Part shown: positions 35,562-50,459 of the stretch, in pieces
Numbering within the stretch: position 1 is the stretch's first letter
How the letters are laid out: the number at the start of each line of letters is the position of its first letter
Source: Azolla caroliniana
Taxonomy: Eukaryota > Plantae > Polypodiophyta
Assembly (NCBI GenBank): GCA_043228905.1
Contig: JBHGNT010000001.1
Coordinates: 5,580,001 to 5,644,000, forward strand
Reading direction: 5' to 3'
Length of the DNA stretch: 64,000 bases
Translations under genes and position numbers: made by a program
The notes under the pieces: model-generated
Seen by the model: only the letters and a program-made list of their open reading frames with translations
Told to the model about the DNA's origin: nothing
The model's database searches: none

Positions 35562-38500
35562 TCCATAGCTAAAACTTTTATAAAGCGGGCATCTCCCTAT
35601 CCTTCAAATTCCTTATTCTTCACTTGTTCACGGCAAATCATAGTTTGAGACGGCAAACTGTATATGAATTGGAATCCGTCGAAGCTGGATAGGTGTTCTT
35701 ATCAATTGCCAAGATGATGGATCTGAATCCAGATTCCCATCAAAACGTCCAGAATGAGAGGTATTTATGCATCATTCTAACCTACACCCTGCAAAAATTC
35801 ATGTGTACACATGGTTCAAAGATTGGAAACATTAATCCAAAACCTTTTATGTAATATACTAAGGCTCAAAGATAAATTGAATTTCTTGGGCCTCACACAA
35901 GCACTAACTCCATACCACTAGAGAAATGCTGGGAATCCTTATGTTTGCATCCGGAAATGCTAGTGTACAAACCAATATCTAGAAAGAGTTAAGGCACCGT
36001 TCGGAAATGGTAATATATCTGAGTTCCTCGTGGATTTAAATACATTGGTGGGGATTTGTTGTTATTATCTTGTTCTTGATCATACAAAGTTTTGACATAA
36101 GTTCTTTATATGGAGAGTGATTTTATATCATTTTTTAGCTCTAAATATGTGTATCCATTCTAATAATATAGATACATAGCCCTTCAATTATTAAAACGTT
36201 GAAATGATTTGCAGATTTTAATGAATGGAATTGAGTGGACTAAGTATCCACACCTTGTCTATATTGCTTCGATATTTTTATCATTTCTGTCCTTTTGGTG
36301 CGTGATTATGTTACATAAACTACTTGGGTAATGGGAAGTAACATGTCATTGGGCTCACATTTGCTTTGACGTGCCATTGTTTCAAATGTTAATAATCCAA
36401 AAAAGAGATATATGTAAGCATGTGAATACACATTACGTTATTGTACAAAGCTCTTAACAATTTGGTAGATCGAAAACCTACTTAAAATAATCATCAAATT
36501 TGCATGTTTCCATAGCTTATAATTTTTTCCCAACATTGGATAATGGGCGGTATTAAAGCATTATTTCATTTTACTGTTACATGTACCTAGACTTATTTTG
36601 TGCGATAAATCAATTTACTAATAATATTTGCCATAATGTTTACATTGAAAACAATGGCATTTACGAAGAATCATGAGATACCTTCCTAATGTATAGGTAA
36701 ATGGAACCATCCTTTGTATATGGATACTAAATTTTCCCACGATAGTAGGGATCCAAGAATTCCAATGGACTTTCAAGACTAGTTCTATTTATATATTTGA
36801 ATTAAGAATAGAATTTATACACAAACGATGGTAGGCTTATGATTACGGGACATGCAGTAACTCAAAATCATATATTCTCTTTCTCATTGGATGTCGTCAC
36901 TTTGGAACAACATTGACGAGAATTTCATTTGATTTAGATGCTGAAAGGCCATTCCTAAGTATTGCGGAAGAATTTAATGTAACAAAGATGCTAAAAAATG
37001 ATATGATAGGAAACAATTTTTTACAACAATCATTTGGGGAATGAATGATTCTATAATTACGTAGAATACATACTAGTGCTTTGCAAGGTTCCATGTAACC
37101 AATAATGCACACGTCACAAGGTGGAGAAGAGTGCAACTTTAGACATTGCTTTGGGAAACTATGTCATGACAACTAATTTGGAAAGTCTGAATGTCGTACG
37201 ACATTACCATATCCTCTTACAAAGGCTCATTGGGTGTAGTGGTAGAATGCATGCAGTTTTATCAAATGGAAACTAGAGTTGCAGGTTGGTAGTATGCCAA
37301 TAAAAATAGTTTAAACCATATTTTCTCCTTGATAGTGTTACATCACTTGATTGCTAGCATCTCTAAGCCTTAGCTATAAATTCATCCAATGGGAATTATT
37401 TTTTATGAAGTAGTTGACTAAGTTTTTTTTTACTATGTTTGTATAATAGCTTGCATAGAAAAATTGGATTGGCCTTGTGCCTATCTTCGATGTCAAGATA
37501 CTAGCACTTATAAAAATTCTTTATATGTCACATGGGTAAAAGTGTCCTTAGAAGAGACAAATGATGATGATGTTCTATCATCCTCGGGAGGTTACTAATG
37601 CATATGGAAATGACATATGTGCTACAAGAGTCTACTTTATTAAGGATGCAGAAGTTTCACAAGTTTGCTCCTATTCTTGAGCAAGGTATCATGACCATCA
37701 AGGAGAGGAAGACAATATGGTTATCTAGGTTGAGAGGTTATATTGTATTGTATTGTATATTAAAGTTTATTATGATGTTGTTGAGCTTAGCTACTTGCAT
37801 GTTTGTAAATACTTGAGAGGCCACATGCATATTAAATGTGTTCCTCATGTATAAAGGGGGGGTTTCTCATCCCAATTGATCTCAAGTAGATCAATGGTTA
37901 TCTTCCCATTTGTCTTGTCACTTTGTATGATTCTCATATTTCCATGCTTCCCCATTATCTTCCACCCAATCCCATGTGTTGCGCCTAAGCCCCTCACCTT
38001 TTTTGGTTTTCTTCATGAGTTCCCTTCTTGTGGTTCCTCATGTTAAGCTAATTGGCCTCGTTCATCCAACTCTTGGCGAGTTACACCCTCTCTCTCTCCC
38101 TCTACCCATCGCCCATTCGTCGACACCTCCACTTGCTCATGTTTTCACCTCTCCTTGTCTCACCCAACCTATGTGCTTGTTATGCATGTCTCGAAGTAAA
38201 ACATCCACCTCATATTTTGATTGGTCGGGGGAGGGGGGGCCTTGATCTAATTGGTTGGAGCTACAGGCATGAGGCACACAAATTGTGATACAAAACATTG
38301 TGAAAAGTCTCACTCGTCCTTTGGTTGTATTTCATTAGAGTTCATTTAGCCCATAACTCCTAATATTCTACTTCCAATCTTTGCACTTAATGAAGTCTCT
38401 ATTATGCCCTTAATTCTTCTATGTGTGTGTGTGTAAAATATTCAACCTTTTATGATTGTAGGTGACTAGTTAGACTACTTAAGGTACATTGTCCACTATT

Positions 38501-38986
38501 ATTGCCACTAGGCAATAATAAGAAATTTGATGCCATCTAAGGCTTGAAACTTCCAAGATTATGTTATGTGATGTCCAATGCCAACTCGTTGATATCAAAA
38601 TTTTCCGAGAAGTTGGGCGTCATTCATATCAATCTCAAGGAGGCCAAGTCCCAGAAAATAGCTAGTGTTGTTTAATGACGTCACGAAGAGGAAATGTGCG
38701 TATAATTGCTCAGGGAAGAGCCGCAAAAGTATATCGTGGGCGAGGGAGGAGGACAAACAGAAACTGATGGTAGCTCTCCAAAAGTGAGTGTAAACAAGAA
38801 GAAGGATATCCCAATGTCAGTAAAGCCGCGTAAATAATGAGGAACAACACCACCATGAAAAAGACTTGAGTTGCATGAGAGACCAAAACATGTAAATCGT
38901 GGCCGGGTGGTGTGAAACCCGGGCAAGTGGGAAGGAGCCCATGGGTTTTTGAGAAAAACGGTGAGCACAAGTTCTGTTTTTTTCAA

Positions 38987-40602
38987 ATGAAAGACGGAGA
39001 GAAACAGAGAGAGAGAGAAACAGAGAAACAGAGAAACAGAGAAGCTATGGAAGAGGCAAAGCAAGTGTTGGAGCAGAGCATCGTGAGGCAATTAGTGGGC
39101 CACAAAGGGAGGTTAGTTGAAGTGCCGTACACAGCCAGCGTGGGCGACACATTGCATGCGCTGCAGGCCCACAACATATTAGCAGTCCCAGTGGCGGCAC
39201 CCCCTGGCCATTGGATTGGTGCAGGTGGCTCCGTCATCCTCGAATCCGACAAAGCCACTGGCGCTGCCCGGAAGCACTACATCGGAATCATCTCCACCCT
39301 TGACATATTCATTCATCTCACCGAAGCCGGGTCGGGGTCCGAGGAGTTTGTCACAAGCCTTATGGCTAGCCCTGTCTCCAAGGTGATTGGCCATAGCCTC
39401 GAAGGGCTTACACTCTGGTGTCTCACTCCCCAAACTAGTGTCCTAGATGCAATGGAACCAATGGGTAAAGGCCTCCACCGTACCCTCGTTCCTCTTGAAA
39501 GCCAATTAGAGCATCATCATGGTAAGGTTGGCTTGGAATCGATCGAAGCATCCCCAGGGTATCGAATGCTCACGCAAACTGACCTTGTCCGATTCCTGCA
39601 AACCGAGGCTGATCGACTTCGTCCTATTATGTCCAAGAGTGTTGCATCATTGGGCGTATTTCAATCAACGATATTTGGTGTTCCCGAAAATATGTCTCTT
39701 GCAGATACAATGAGATGTATGACTCAAGCTTCGTTGGCAGCTGTCGCCATCTTCCCAGTTGCTGCGAGCGGTGATGAATCTGATGATAAGCAGCTTGTCT
39801 CTGTAAATATGCAAAGATCCATCCCATCTCTATGCCTTTTTTGATCGAGTGATATTTATGTGCTGGTCTTTCGTTTGTGAATTGCATTCATGAGTCAAAT
39901 GATGATATATAGACTATATATAGACTATATTCCAATTCATGCATAATGTTACATAGGTGAGTGTATGGTTTTCATTTATTTGTGATTTGGGCTAATGACT
40001 TTGTGATTTGGGAACTATGTGTATCTGATATGGGTGAGTATATGGTCTTCTTTTGTGCATGATATGAATGAAAGACAGTTAGCAAGTGTTTTAACTTGGC
40101 AAGAATATTGAGGCTGTGACATATATGAATGATAGTAGTTGATCTAATTTTGTTTGTCTTTCTTATTTGACAAACAAAATCATGAGCTTGTTGAATGATA
40201 TATAGCCAGCCTTCTTTCATTTATGATTTGTGTCATCAAGTAAAGTGATGGCTTTATATGAATGTCAATATGGTCTTCTGCTATATGTAGGGAAAGGGTA
40301 AGAAGATTATAGGCACCTTTTCGGCAAGTGACCTCCGGGGGTGCTCAGCTGAAGTATTTGGAAAATGGGGATCAGTAGGGGTGCTCAAGTTCTTGAAGAG
40401 GGACCCTGCATCTGCTGCTGCAACTGAAGGGCAAGTGACATGTTTCCCAAGCATCTCATTAGAGGAGGTTGTCAGCAAGGCTCTTGATCGCAAGGTCCAT
40501 AGGGTTTGGGTCATCGAAGAGGGAAGTGACGATATCTTGATTGGCCTCATCTCATTTTCTGACATTTTGAGGGTTGTTAGGCATGAATGTACTGTTTCCT
40601 GA
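38987..40602 (+). CDS. PV42: CBS-domain protein, SnRK1 gamma-like PV42 type; exons 38987-39802 and 40291-40602 (~375 aa)
   Basis: RLVEVPYTASVGDTL, VPVAAPPGHWIGAGG, YRMLTQTD, GTFSASDLRGC, KVHRVWV. Phase-0 GT-AG intron 39803-40290 joins LVS|GKGKK. Alternative start at 39047. Confidence 0.92.
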
Positions 40603-42550
40603 AGCATCATCCGATATCCAATATCCTGAAGTCAATCTTACGTGTTATGGAACATCATCCCTTTTCCTTAAAGAAATGTCAAGGTGGAACCTTAATGGCT
40701 CAAATTTGGCCTAACTTGGGTGGTAGCATTACTCATTTCTGTTAGTTAATCTTGAGTCTGATCTCTGGAAGCTTTGGATGGCTACTGTAGCTTCTCCTCT
40801 TCTTAGAGTTTTCATGACCCATCTTTTGTCTAGTGTTTTGAACAAGGAAACATATGAAGTCTTTTTATCACTTCTATGCAGTTGTCAACATACTCTCTAA
40901 TATGAAGAGTTTCAATTTGCTTTTTGTTTCTTTTCTAACGTGCTTTATTGAAACTGTGATGATGGAAAAGGTGGAAGTTTCTAATTACTTAGCGTAATAA
41001 TATATATGTACACTTCCATTTAAAAAAGTCTCTATGAGACTTCTGGGTGCTCTTATAGAGCATTCAGATCTGAGCTTAAAAATGTAGCTCACTATGACAT
41101 ATTTCCTTCAGATAGAAGGAAATTTAAAAAAATAGGTTGGTAAGAGTAGCGAAAAGCAAGTTATATAATTCTTTGGTAATTCAGAAAAGAGGAAATGGGG
41201 TTCCAACCCTAACTCCTACTCTGAAGATTGCAATTTAGTTAATTCTCCCTCTAATGCGAGGTTTGAATCCAGTTGAGGTGATTAGGCGTACCACCAAATT
41301 TCATCTGAATATAATGTTTACGGACATTGGCTTGATATTATAGTATGAGGTTACAAGAATTCTTGACTTCCAATCTATAGTTTCACCATAACCTAATTAT
41401 TTTGATAGCAATGAATTTTGCACATTGGATAATTAAGCAGTCTTCTATTTAAGAAGCTTTTTTGGAATATTAAAAGACCTAATATACCATGTTTAAGTCA
41501 TCCCAATGGAATTTTGAGGTCATAACAAAGAAGCTGCTATTCATTTGAACACTTGCATATAGTCCTAGTCAGTCACTATATGTTGTGATAATTATGTGGA
41601 TTTGTATTTGATGGTACATGGTAATTTCAACTACATAAAATGGATTGTTTATGAATCTTAGGATGAAACATTGCTTTCAAATTACATGTAGCAATGACAA
41701 TTATTTCTTCCTCTAAACTTATGAACATAGACGCACATATTTCTCTAGTGTTCCAAATGTTTCAATTACGATAATTCTTGTTATGGATACCCAAAAGGAC
41801 GAATACACATGCTGTGTCTCACAAGTTAGTCTTGGAGTCAAGAAATGTACAAGTTTTTTGGCCTCATGGTTTGATCCAATTTGTGATGGACTATAACAAT
41901 TATTGAGGCATTTCTGACCACTGGATTTGTAAGCCAACGAGGCAAAGATTGGAATGCATGAATGGATCCAATCACCATGGCAAACGTATGAAGTCATTTC
42001 ACCATATCCTTGTTCATTGTAACACTTGAATGTGAGCAAGTTCACCATAATACATGCTTGGGTAACAAGAATATTCGGGAATTTTGGCATTTAAGTGTTT
42101 CCTTAATATTAATTTAGTGCTCTAGGCAGATAAGTTCTACTTAGATTTTGTTTGGTTTGTTCTCCAAGATGAAACAACTAATTATACGAGAAAGGTCAAA
42201 CATTACCAATAGCATTAATGTTGAGAACCTATGAGGGCAATGATAACCTTCGGCGCATGTTGCAGAACAACCTTAGATGAATATACTTTTAATGTATCAA
42301 CAAATAATTGTTACCAAAACCAGTTATTTGTTGGGAACAGCCTGCACAAACCCTTTCAGAACTTGATGAGCAAGCTACATCTTAATGCTCCCTGAACATC
42401 ATCTTGTTTATAAGACTTGTTTGATATTGTTCTAGTTATACAATACGCACCGATGCTTGTCATTCAAACGCACACAAGGGATCATGAAGCAGCAATACCA
42501 TGTTGAGAAAGACAAATTGAGAGTGGGATACGTGGAAACAGATCTTGTGC

Positions 42551-45500
42551 TTATTGAAGAGATTCTGTAGCACGATGTAATATCACCATGTACTCTGAAG
42601 AGATAGATGCGACTGGAGCACTGAGTTGAGAAATAACCTTTTCATCTGGCAAGGTTTTATCTCCCCTTTGTTGGAACTGCAGAATATGATCACATAAAAG
42701 CTTCCATATCAGAGGTCTCACATTATGCAAAAGATTATGAAGGAACCTATAGCATTTTGAAAAACCTGATGTTTGATACAGACCGTGCCAAAGTCAAAGG
42801 TGGTTCCAGTAATGAGAAAGAAATTAAACAAGGAATTCTCAATTATATTATACATAACTCGTGATCACTATAAAAGAGGCTTACAGTAATAGAGTTAGAT
42901 TAACATCTTGATTGCCATGACTTTACTTGAACCCCGATATCCCCCACTTTATTAACTAACTAGCTTGAGCAGACTATGACCATGTGATGGAGAGCACTGC
43001 AATGAAGAGACGGCATGCACATGGCGTAGGCAGAACCTTATAATTGCTTCTACCATAACCCAAGTCTTTTATGCACAACAACTTGGAACATATCTGCCAC
43101 TATGGGGTTATTTACTCAATGATTAGGTGTGTGAACGTAACCGACTCATAGGAAATGCATAAGAGACTAACAAATGATGCATACACAGGCTGAAAATAGT
43201 GTAGCTATAACTTCATAACACAATCTAATATACTGACTGCTAATGTAATCAATGATAAGCAGGAAACTAACCTCTGAATCTTCCAGCCGTTTCAAAGTTT
43301 TACGCAGAATATCTTCTAATTCATTAGCAGATGGAACACCTTCTCCGCTTTCACATAAGCCTTCAAGTGCCTCAACCTAAATAATATAAAGTTGTCATTG
43401 TTGCGATTCAAATAACTACCAAAGTTCCCATTCAAAGAATTGCCAATACTCCCTGAGAAAAATTAGAATATATAGGTGTTTATTGTTAGTTGTTTGCTTT
43501 ATTGATCTAATCCAGTCAACTAGAATGAAATTACCTAGAAAATTAAGCCCAAGCTTCCTTATGAAACACTAACAAGAATCGCTTTTTATCTAATATAGGT
43601 AAACTCTCGACCAATATCTAAGAATGCAGACATCCCATCAGCCATATTCCTCAATATCCAAGCTTACATATCCATGCTATAGAAAAGGTCCTTTATATTG
43701 AAGCATACCTGTCTTTCCAAGGTATAGAACTGGAAGCGTACAGGGATCAGCCATTCAAGTCTTTCACTACAGGAAGCCATCTCTGCCACAAGCAAACATC
43801 AGCAGACTGTTTCCTTTTAAGAAACATAATTAAGACAATATACCTCTGTAAGGAAGATATTTTGCTAATCTCTACAAGCAGAAATTTTCTATATCAGTTA
43901 TAAAGCTACAGCCAGCTCTGAATACATAGAAAAATGCATCCTGTTTACCAGCCTGAATCTCCGGCATTAAACGTCCTAAATCTTTTCGTCCCATGATCAT
44001 TTCCTCTTGTCTGAGACAAAACCAGAACTTAATTTAATTTCAAAAGAATTATAGATTACCTCATTCTATATAGAAATCTCAGCAATCCTTACATAGACGC
44101 AGCACGCTCAAGTACTGTAAGATGGGAAAATGCTTCTTGAATTCGAGCTTGTGCTTCCTTGATCCTCTGCAATAAATACAAAAATATTGATTAAGAATAT
44201 CCATGAATCAAAACATAATTGGAAGCAAGACAATTTGGGTTGTTTCAAAGCAATGTGTATAATACAAAAAGTTTTATTCAGCTTCTCTGCCCGGATAATC
44301 CAAAAAGATCTGCAATGTGATATGAAAACCTGTTTGATCTTCTTGAATGTCTAAAATTTCATCTTTTGGCACTGTGTTCTATCATAAATTTTATTGCAAA
44401 GGAAACTGGAAGCAATGATATGGGCCAGCTCTTACATGGGCTAAAGTGCATTTCTAATTTCCCCATCCAAAAAGAAAACTGCACAACTTTGGGCCAGAAT
44501 CATCCGTTTAGAGAATCTATGATTCCTCTGAACTAGTTAGTTCCTTTAGAGATTATCATACAATATGAGCAATACAAAAACTCCTCCATTTAAGCCAGTT
44601 ATCTACTTCAAACATAGAATATATTACTGGATGCATCCCCTTGTGGTTCTTAGATCATGCCTAAATGAATACTGTAAACAAACCAATCATCAACAAAAAG
44701 GAGGCTTAAAGGGTTTAGTGATAAAAACAAAAGATGTTGGAGGACATAACCTATATTTTACATTTCATTATTAATTCAGGCTACACTGTTATATTCTCAT
44801 AAAATGTGCTTTACATTTTGTAATTGTTCCCGTGTATGATATGCATCCATGAGAGTATCTGCTAAAGCTTGAAGGATGACAGGATCCTCTTCTCCTTCAT
44901 CTCCCATAGGTAAAGTTCCCTATGAATGTAAATAGGTTTTGATTAAAAGACGTTGGAATGCATTATTGTATTTTAATAAAGAACCTAGTCAAGATTCCAG
45001 AATACTGACCCTTCCAGATTCCCTGTATGCGTCTCTTTCTTTGGCCACTGCCCAGCGCTGCTCCAAATCACGCACCTTTATATAACCAAGTATAATTTGA
45101 GATCTCTAAGTTTTATTCCCAAAAGCATTAGTGTAAATAAATAATCAAGGGTTGAAACTTCAGTGTTTATAAATGCATTGCTTCATGTGCTTCACAACTA
45201 TAATAAGTATAAATTTGAAGAGAAAATATTGCTAACCTCTCTATTAAATTAACTGCTTATCAAATAAGTTCTCAATTAGTTATCTCAAGTGATTCATATT
45301 TTACTAATTGCAGTTATTAGTTATTAGTTTAACAATTATTTGATGTTTAATCTTCCTTCTATTGTAAAATTTGGTTAAGACAGATCGTGGTGCATTTTCT
45401 ATTTGTCTGATTCTTTTAATCCCTAATGTGAAAGGTTTGCTGTGTGTACTATAACTGATGAATTTGCTTTCTTCTTACCTCCATGAAAGCATGATCAACT

Positions 45501-48330
45501 TTTGCATGTAGTTTGCGCTTCGAAAATGATGCTAATTTTATTGCATCTAAATTAAAAAAGACATATCCAAACCCAACTGAGTGTGCTACAGAAAACACAT
45601 ATATCATTACTAGCATAAAGAAAGTAAAATAATGTTATTCGTATAAAAATGTATAAGGCTCTCTACAAAACTTAATAATAAGCATGTCTGAAAATCACCA
45701 ATCCATGAATGCATTTCCTCATAGAAACTTGCAGCCAATGCATAGTTAGTGCGCTTGATAATCCCTACTCCTGCAAGTTCTTCAGGCAAAGTTATGATGA
45801 AAACATTCTGGACAGCAGCATCAGCTCCACAAGGGAACACACCCACTTTACAACCTTGAAGGGGAATAACTCCTGTAGGCTCTGATTGCTCCTGGAGAGG
45901 AACCACTAAAATAAATACTGATATATGTAGCATCAAACCTCAAGCTATTAAAAATTCTCAAATGGAAGAGCAAAATAAATGCCTACGGTCACATTGATTA
46001 TATGAATATATGCACAGCTGTACATAAATTCAACCAAATCATGTCTAAGGAACCTTTCTTACTCTACAGGAGAAACCTAACATAGGCCAACTTAGGATTT
46101 CGGAATTACGTAAATCATTTAAAATGACTTAAAACAGACCATTTGCACTTACATTATAGCATGATTGCCCAGAGGGCTTGACTCTCTACCTGGACTGTAG
46201 AATAAAAGTTATCCACAAACATAGGAGATACAAAATTGATGATTTGCTTCAAGTCTCCACCAGATCAAGGGGATGTGTGATCTCTCTCTTGAAGCCCTCA
46301 AAAAACTAATGTCTTAAGAAAACGATCCATTGAAAAAAATAACAAATGATGCTGGGAACATAAGTCTAAAAACCTTTCAACTTCGTACTGAAGCAGAGAA
46401 AGGTAAATTATTTTGCAATTCTCTTACAGTATATGCATAAATATTGAACATGGACTCCAAGTGATAATTTTATAAGACATCCAGGTCATAATAAGCCCCA
46501 AAATACCTCTTACTGTACATGAATTATTAAAACCTCAAACACTCTCTTAGTGCAAATAGATTAGTAATATACAGTGGCTAATGACAACGACTAAGATCAA
46601 ATCCTTTGGCATATTGAGATAAGAGAATTCGCCGACTTTTGTTGGCAGCAGATTGTTCATATTTACATGCTAATGTGAAGGATTGAAACCCAAAGATGTC
46701 TTTGATAGAAATATACCTGGGCACAATAGATACCAAAACACTGAAGAGCCTGCTGATTTGATTAGCCATGCAAACCTATAGAATACTTTAATTGGATCAT
46801 TTCTCCTCCTTGAAGGATATTACACGAGGGTTGGCAAAGATATTTCACTCTACACCCACATATGCATTCTCACATAATACAATTGACTCTACAGTGGGTG
46901 TGACAATGAATATTAGTAACACTTGCAACATGAATTGACTCTAGGTATATATCCACACATAAACAAGCAAGAGCAACCTTCTAACACTTCATGAGGAAAA
47001 TAAAATTGAGTTTGGCCAAAAATTTTAAAGCTGAGGTTTACATGTTCGTGGGATGAGACTGTAAACAGGCAGGAGATGTTCAATGAGAGACGGCTTAGAA
47101 AACAACTATCATCACAGTGAATGTGCATAAGGTACTATTGAACATTCTAGAGCTGACTCAGCCTCCCAATCAGCAATATTCAAGCCTAGACAACTCAACT
47201 TTGTTTTGCACAACAAACGAAGAATTGCAATTGACTGATTACAATTTGAAAAGTCCCAAGATCAAGATGGATTAGAAGGTGAAACTTTTTTATATGCCTG
47301 AGACACCGATGACAAGCACAACACAAATTGATTAGTTACAATTTAGAAAGGCAAAAGATCTTGATGGATTAGGTAGCCAGCATTTTGCGCACACCCCTAA
47401 CATCTTACTCTCTCTTCCTGTACACCTCTTTAATAGAGCTAACTGAACACAACACACCAACCCACTGATCTTCAAGAATGGAATCCCATGATGCTTAGCA
47501 ATCATTGGGTATTTATAAATTACCACTACATGACCAAGTTACATGGCCTGACCCTAGAATTAGGGTTCAGTCTGTCAATACAGAGAAGTGAATGCCAGTC
47601 AGTCTGACAAGAAGGTTTTCAGAAGGGGTTAACCACCTTCAATTACATTGGCCCTCTGAGGCCATATTGAAGAAGGTAAAGCCCATAAAAAGTGAATTTT
47701 TAGTTTCGTTATGCATTTCCACAAGGATTGGTCACAGTAGAAGCATGCCGATACAGAATGCATATTCTCCCGAAATATGTTTACTTTCTTCTATCTATAA
47801 GGCTAAGCCCCACTGAACTCATCAGCATTAGTCACCAAGGTGCAACAATGAGGACTCTGACCTACAAACCAACTGCAGGCCTATGAGAAATCATCAAATT
47901 TATGTGTGAGGATATTTTGATCTCCTGGTCACTTCATTCTAAAGTTTATTTTTGGTGGTATTCATCTTAGACCCAGTTTTCCTACTAATGTCCAGGAATA
48001 TGCTTATATACTGAAATAAATACGTGTGTTCATATGTACACCTATCAGCAACCATGTATGTTTGTGGTTATAAATAAATCTGAACGCGTGTTATTAAAAT
48101 ATGAATTTCAACTCGAAAGGAAATATCTGACTGCAAGAATGCTTCACTGAACTACCAGAACCATAATAATACTTGTGGTTATAGTTGGAGAACTTTACCA
48201 CACTGGTCTGAACTTTGAAGTAGAAGAGGTAAGCATCCTTAAGTATGAATTGCCTCCTTTTCCATGACTTAACATTTCCTCCCCTCTTGAGGAGCATGCC
48301 TACCATGTCCGGTTTGGCCCATAATAAAGC
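42551..48330 (-). CDS. PH-domain protein with helical/coiled-coil C-terminus; exons 48330-48214, 45891-45699, 45546-45479, 45075-45010, 44919-44815, 44166-44093, 44010-43949, 43782-43709, 43376-43272, 42676-42551; N-terminus unresolved (probable extra exon 49875-49843)
   Basis: All ten exons have AG/GT boundaries with compatible phases and give an open frame of 329 aa. PH motifs [41 protein letters not shown] and [21 protein letters not shown]. Confidence 0.88.
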
Positions 48331-48619
48331 CTGGAAATGGACAGATACACAATTATGAACAAGTCTTAAATCATAATTGATTTTACTAAGGTGCTAGATT
48401 ACCTTGTTCTCCATGTTGCAATTGTTTCCTTAAATTAGAAGAATCATAAGTTCTCAAAGTGTGAATTGCATTGATTCTTCATATTCATAATCCTGCAACC
48501 AGATGTAATTCCTGAGTCAATAATGATACAAGCTTATTGATATTATATACGGACTACTGATTCTCCATGAGACATATAATCTTCTAGACGGATTTTTGAC
48601 ACTTGACCATACCAAAAAG

Positions 48620-49790
48620 AGAATTGATTTTTTAACATCCACCAATAAGGCGATTTTGACCTGCAGGACCAAATAAACATATCATCTTGTACATGACTCC
48701 TTCCTAAGATGGGGGTTTACTACTCTATAGTAAATCTTTCTATGTGAAAATAATACATGCACATATGTACTCACCTTCTTAGAGGAGATTTCAGTATGAA
48801 ACTTAAATTATCATGCTCATCTAACAAGTAACAATACTTCTCATGAATTACCTTATATGCTAAGCAAGTGAGAAGTAAGAGGTATTCATCCTTCACTAGG
48901 TTTTTATTTCATATCTTACATATCTTCATACTTGGGTGATGAATCCATGATGCTACCTCAACACCTAACTTGTTTGAGCGAGTTGAAGAAGTGTTCAGGA
49001 TCTTCAAGAGCCAAGGCTCATGCGGTTAGCAAGATGTGGTTGGATATGTTCTGACATTTTCACCTTGTATTGGGGCCAATATTGAGGGTTAACATTTGCC
49101 TTATAATATTCCAATTACCACATTTTTAGCATCTTGCACTTCATTCTTAGTGCCTCTTATAATTTATCCTCGACAATCACATACTTCACAGCATCACCTG
49201 AGAGCTCCAATAGATCTTTTACTCCCCATAGTTTAAACCATTTCATAATGTCAAGCAATTAGCCAGATGAGAGGTGCTGCTATTAGTTTTCAGTCCCTTG
49301 CTTGCATCCTATGCTCCAAGACAGTTGAACAATTTGTGGTCAGGCATATTCTTGACTTTATTGACATAATTGTATACCTTTGCATGGTTAGCACTTCTAT
49401 GAGCCGAGCACCTATTTATAAAAGCATGACATGATAGGATGTCGAGGATTAAACTGCTAATGTCTACGTAAGAACAATGTTTGAATTTTCTCTATTTCAG
49501 TCCATGCACTAAGTGAGATAGTGCCACCCCACACTTCCACTCTATAAAGCAAAACTTGGACCACCATAAAGTTGAATAACCTCAAACTCACTTCCCATAC
49601 TTCGGTATCACTTTGGTTGTATTGACTCAACAGATTTATATGAAGTAAATATTGGGCCCATCCTTGATAACCATGGGGAATTGGGTGTAATGAATGCAGA
49701 TGAATGGAAATGTCTCATGTCTCCTTCGAAAGTTTCAGGCAAAACCAATTACATGGGTGTGTCAGCTTGCACAAATCCACCATGGCATCC
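48620..49790 (-). mobile_element. Degraded RTE-type LINE 3' part within a probable intron of the PH gene
   Basis: LFNFMVVQVLLYRVEVWGGTISLSAWTEIEKIQTLFLRRH (RTE post-RT 'LLYGxEVW' motif). The 3' end (ttgacctgcaggaccaaataaacat...ctccttcctaaga) is shared with 7030-7140. Confidence 0.75.
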
Positions 49791-50379
49791 TCATCAAAAA
49801 AGAATAGCATTCTCATGCTAGAAAGCAGAATTCAAACCTTACCTCATGGCCAGATATGATTATAGAGGAAAGAAACTATAAAAAAATGGGTTGCAAGAAG
49901 ATTGTGAATGTGTAAGAAACTAGGGCATTGGCCAAAAGTTGTGAATGGTTAAATTCTATATAGCGTGATGCCACCATGTCTTCAACTGTTCAAGGTACAT
50001 TACTACAACTGTGCAACTGGCAAGAGAACTCGATTCAAACGAGAATAAATAAGGGGGATTTCTTATTACAATTTTTAATCAAATTGATCAGGATTTGATT
50101 CTGGGAGGAATGGAGGAAGAAGCAGCTGAGATTAAAATTAAAAAATAATCATACTCTAGAATGTAAATTATACTATCTGTTCTTGAAACAGTAGAACAAT
50201 TGTCAAATCCAACTGAAATTTTTAGATTTATTATTTTACTTCCCGATGGTTTGCATATTATATTCTCTACAAAGCGCATCTTGTGGAACAAAGTGTTTGA
50301 AATCGTAGTCAATAAAAATAAGATTTTATATACATGCCAATAAAGAGATTCTGCGAACTTCCAAAATTATAAAACTTTC

Positions 50380-50384
<5 letters not shown>

Positions 50385-50455
<71 letters not shown>
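50385..50455. repeat. (TG)n microsatellite
   Basis: Long perfect dinucleotide run followed by (TATG)n. Confidence 0.98.
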
Positions 50456-50459
<4 letters not shown>

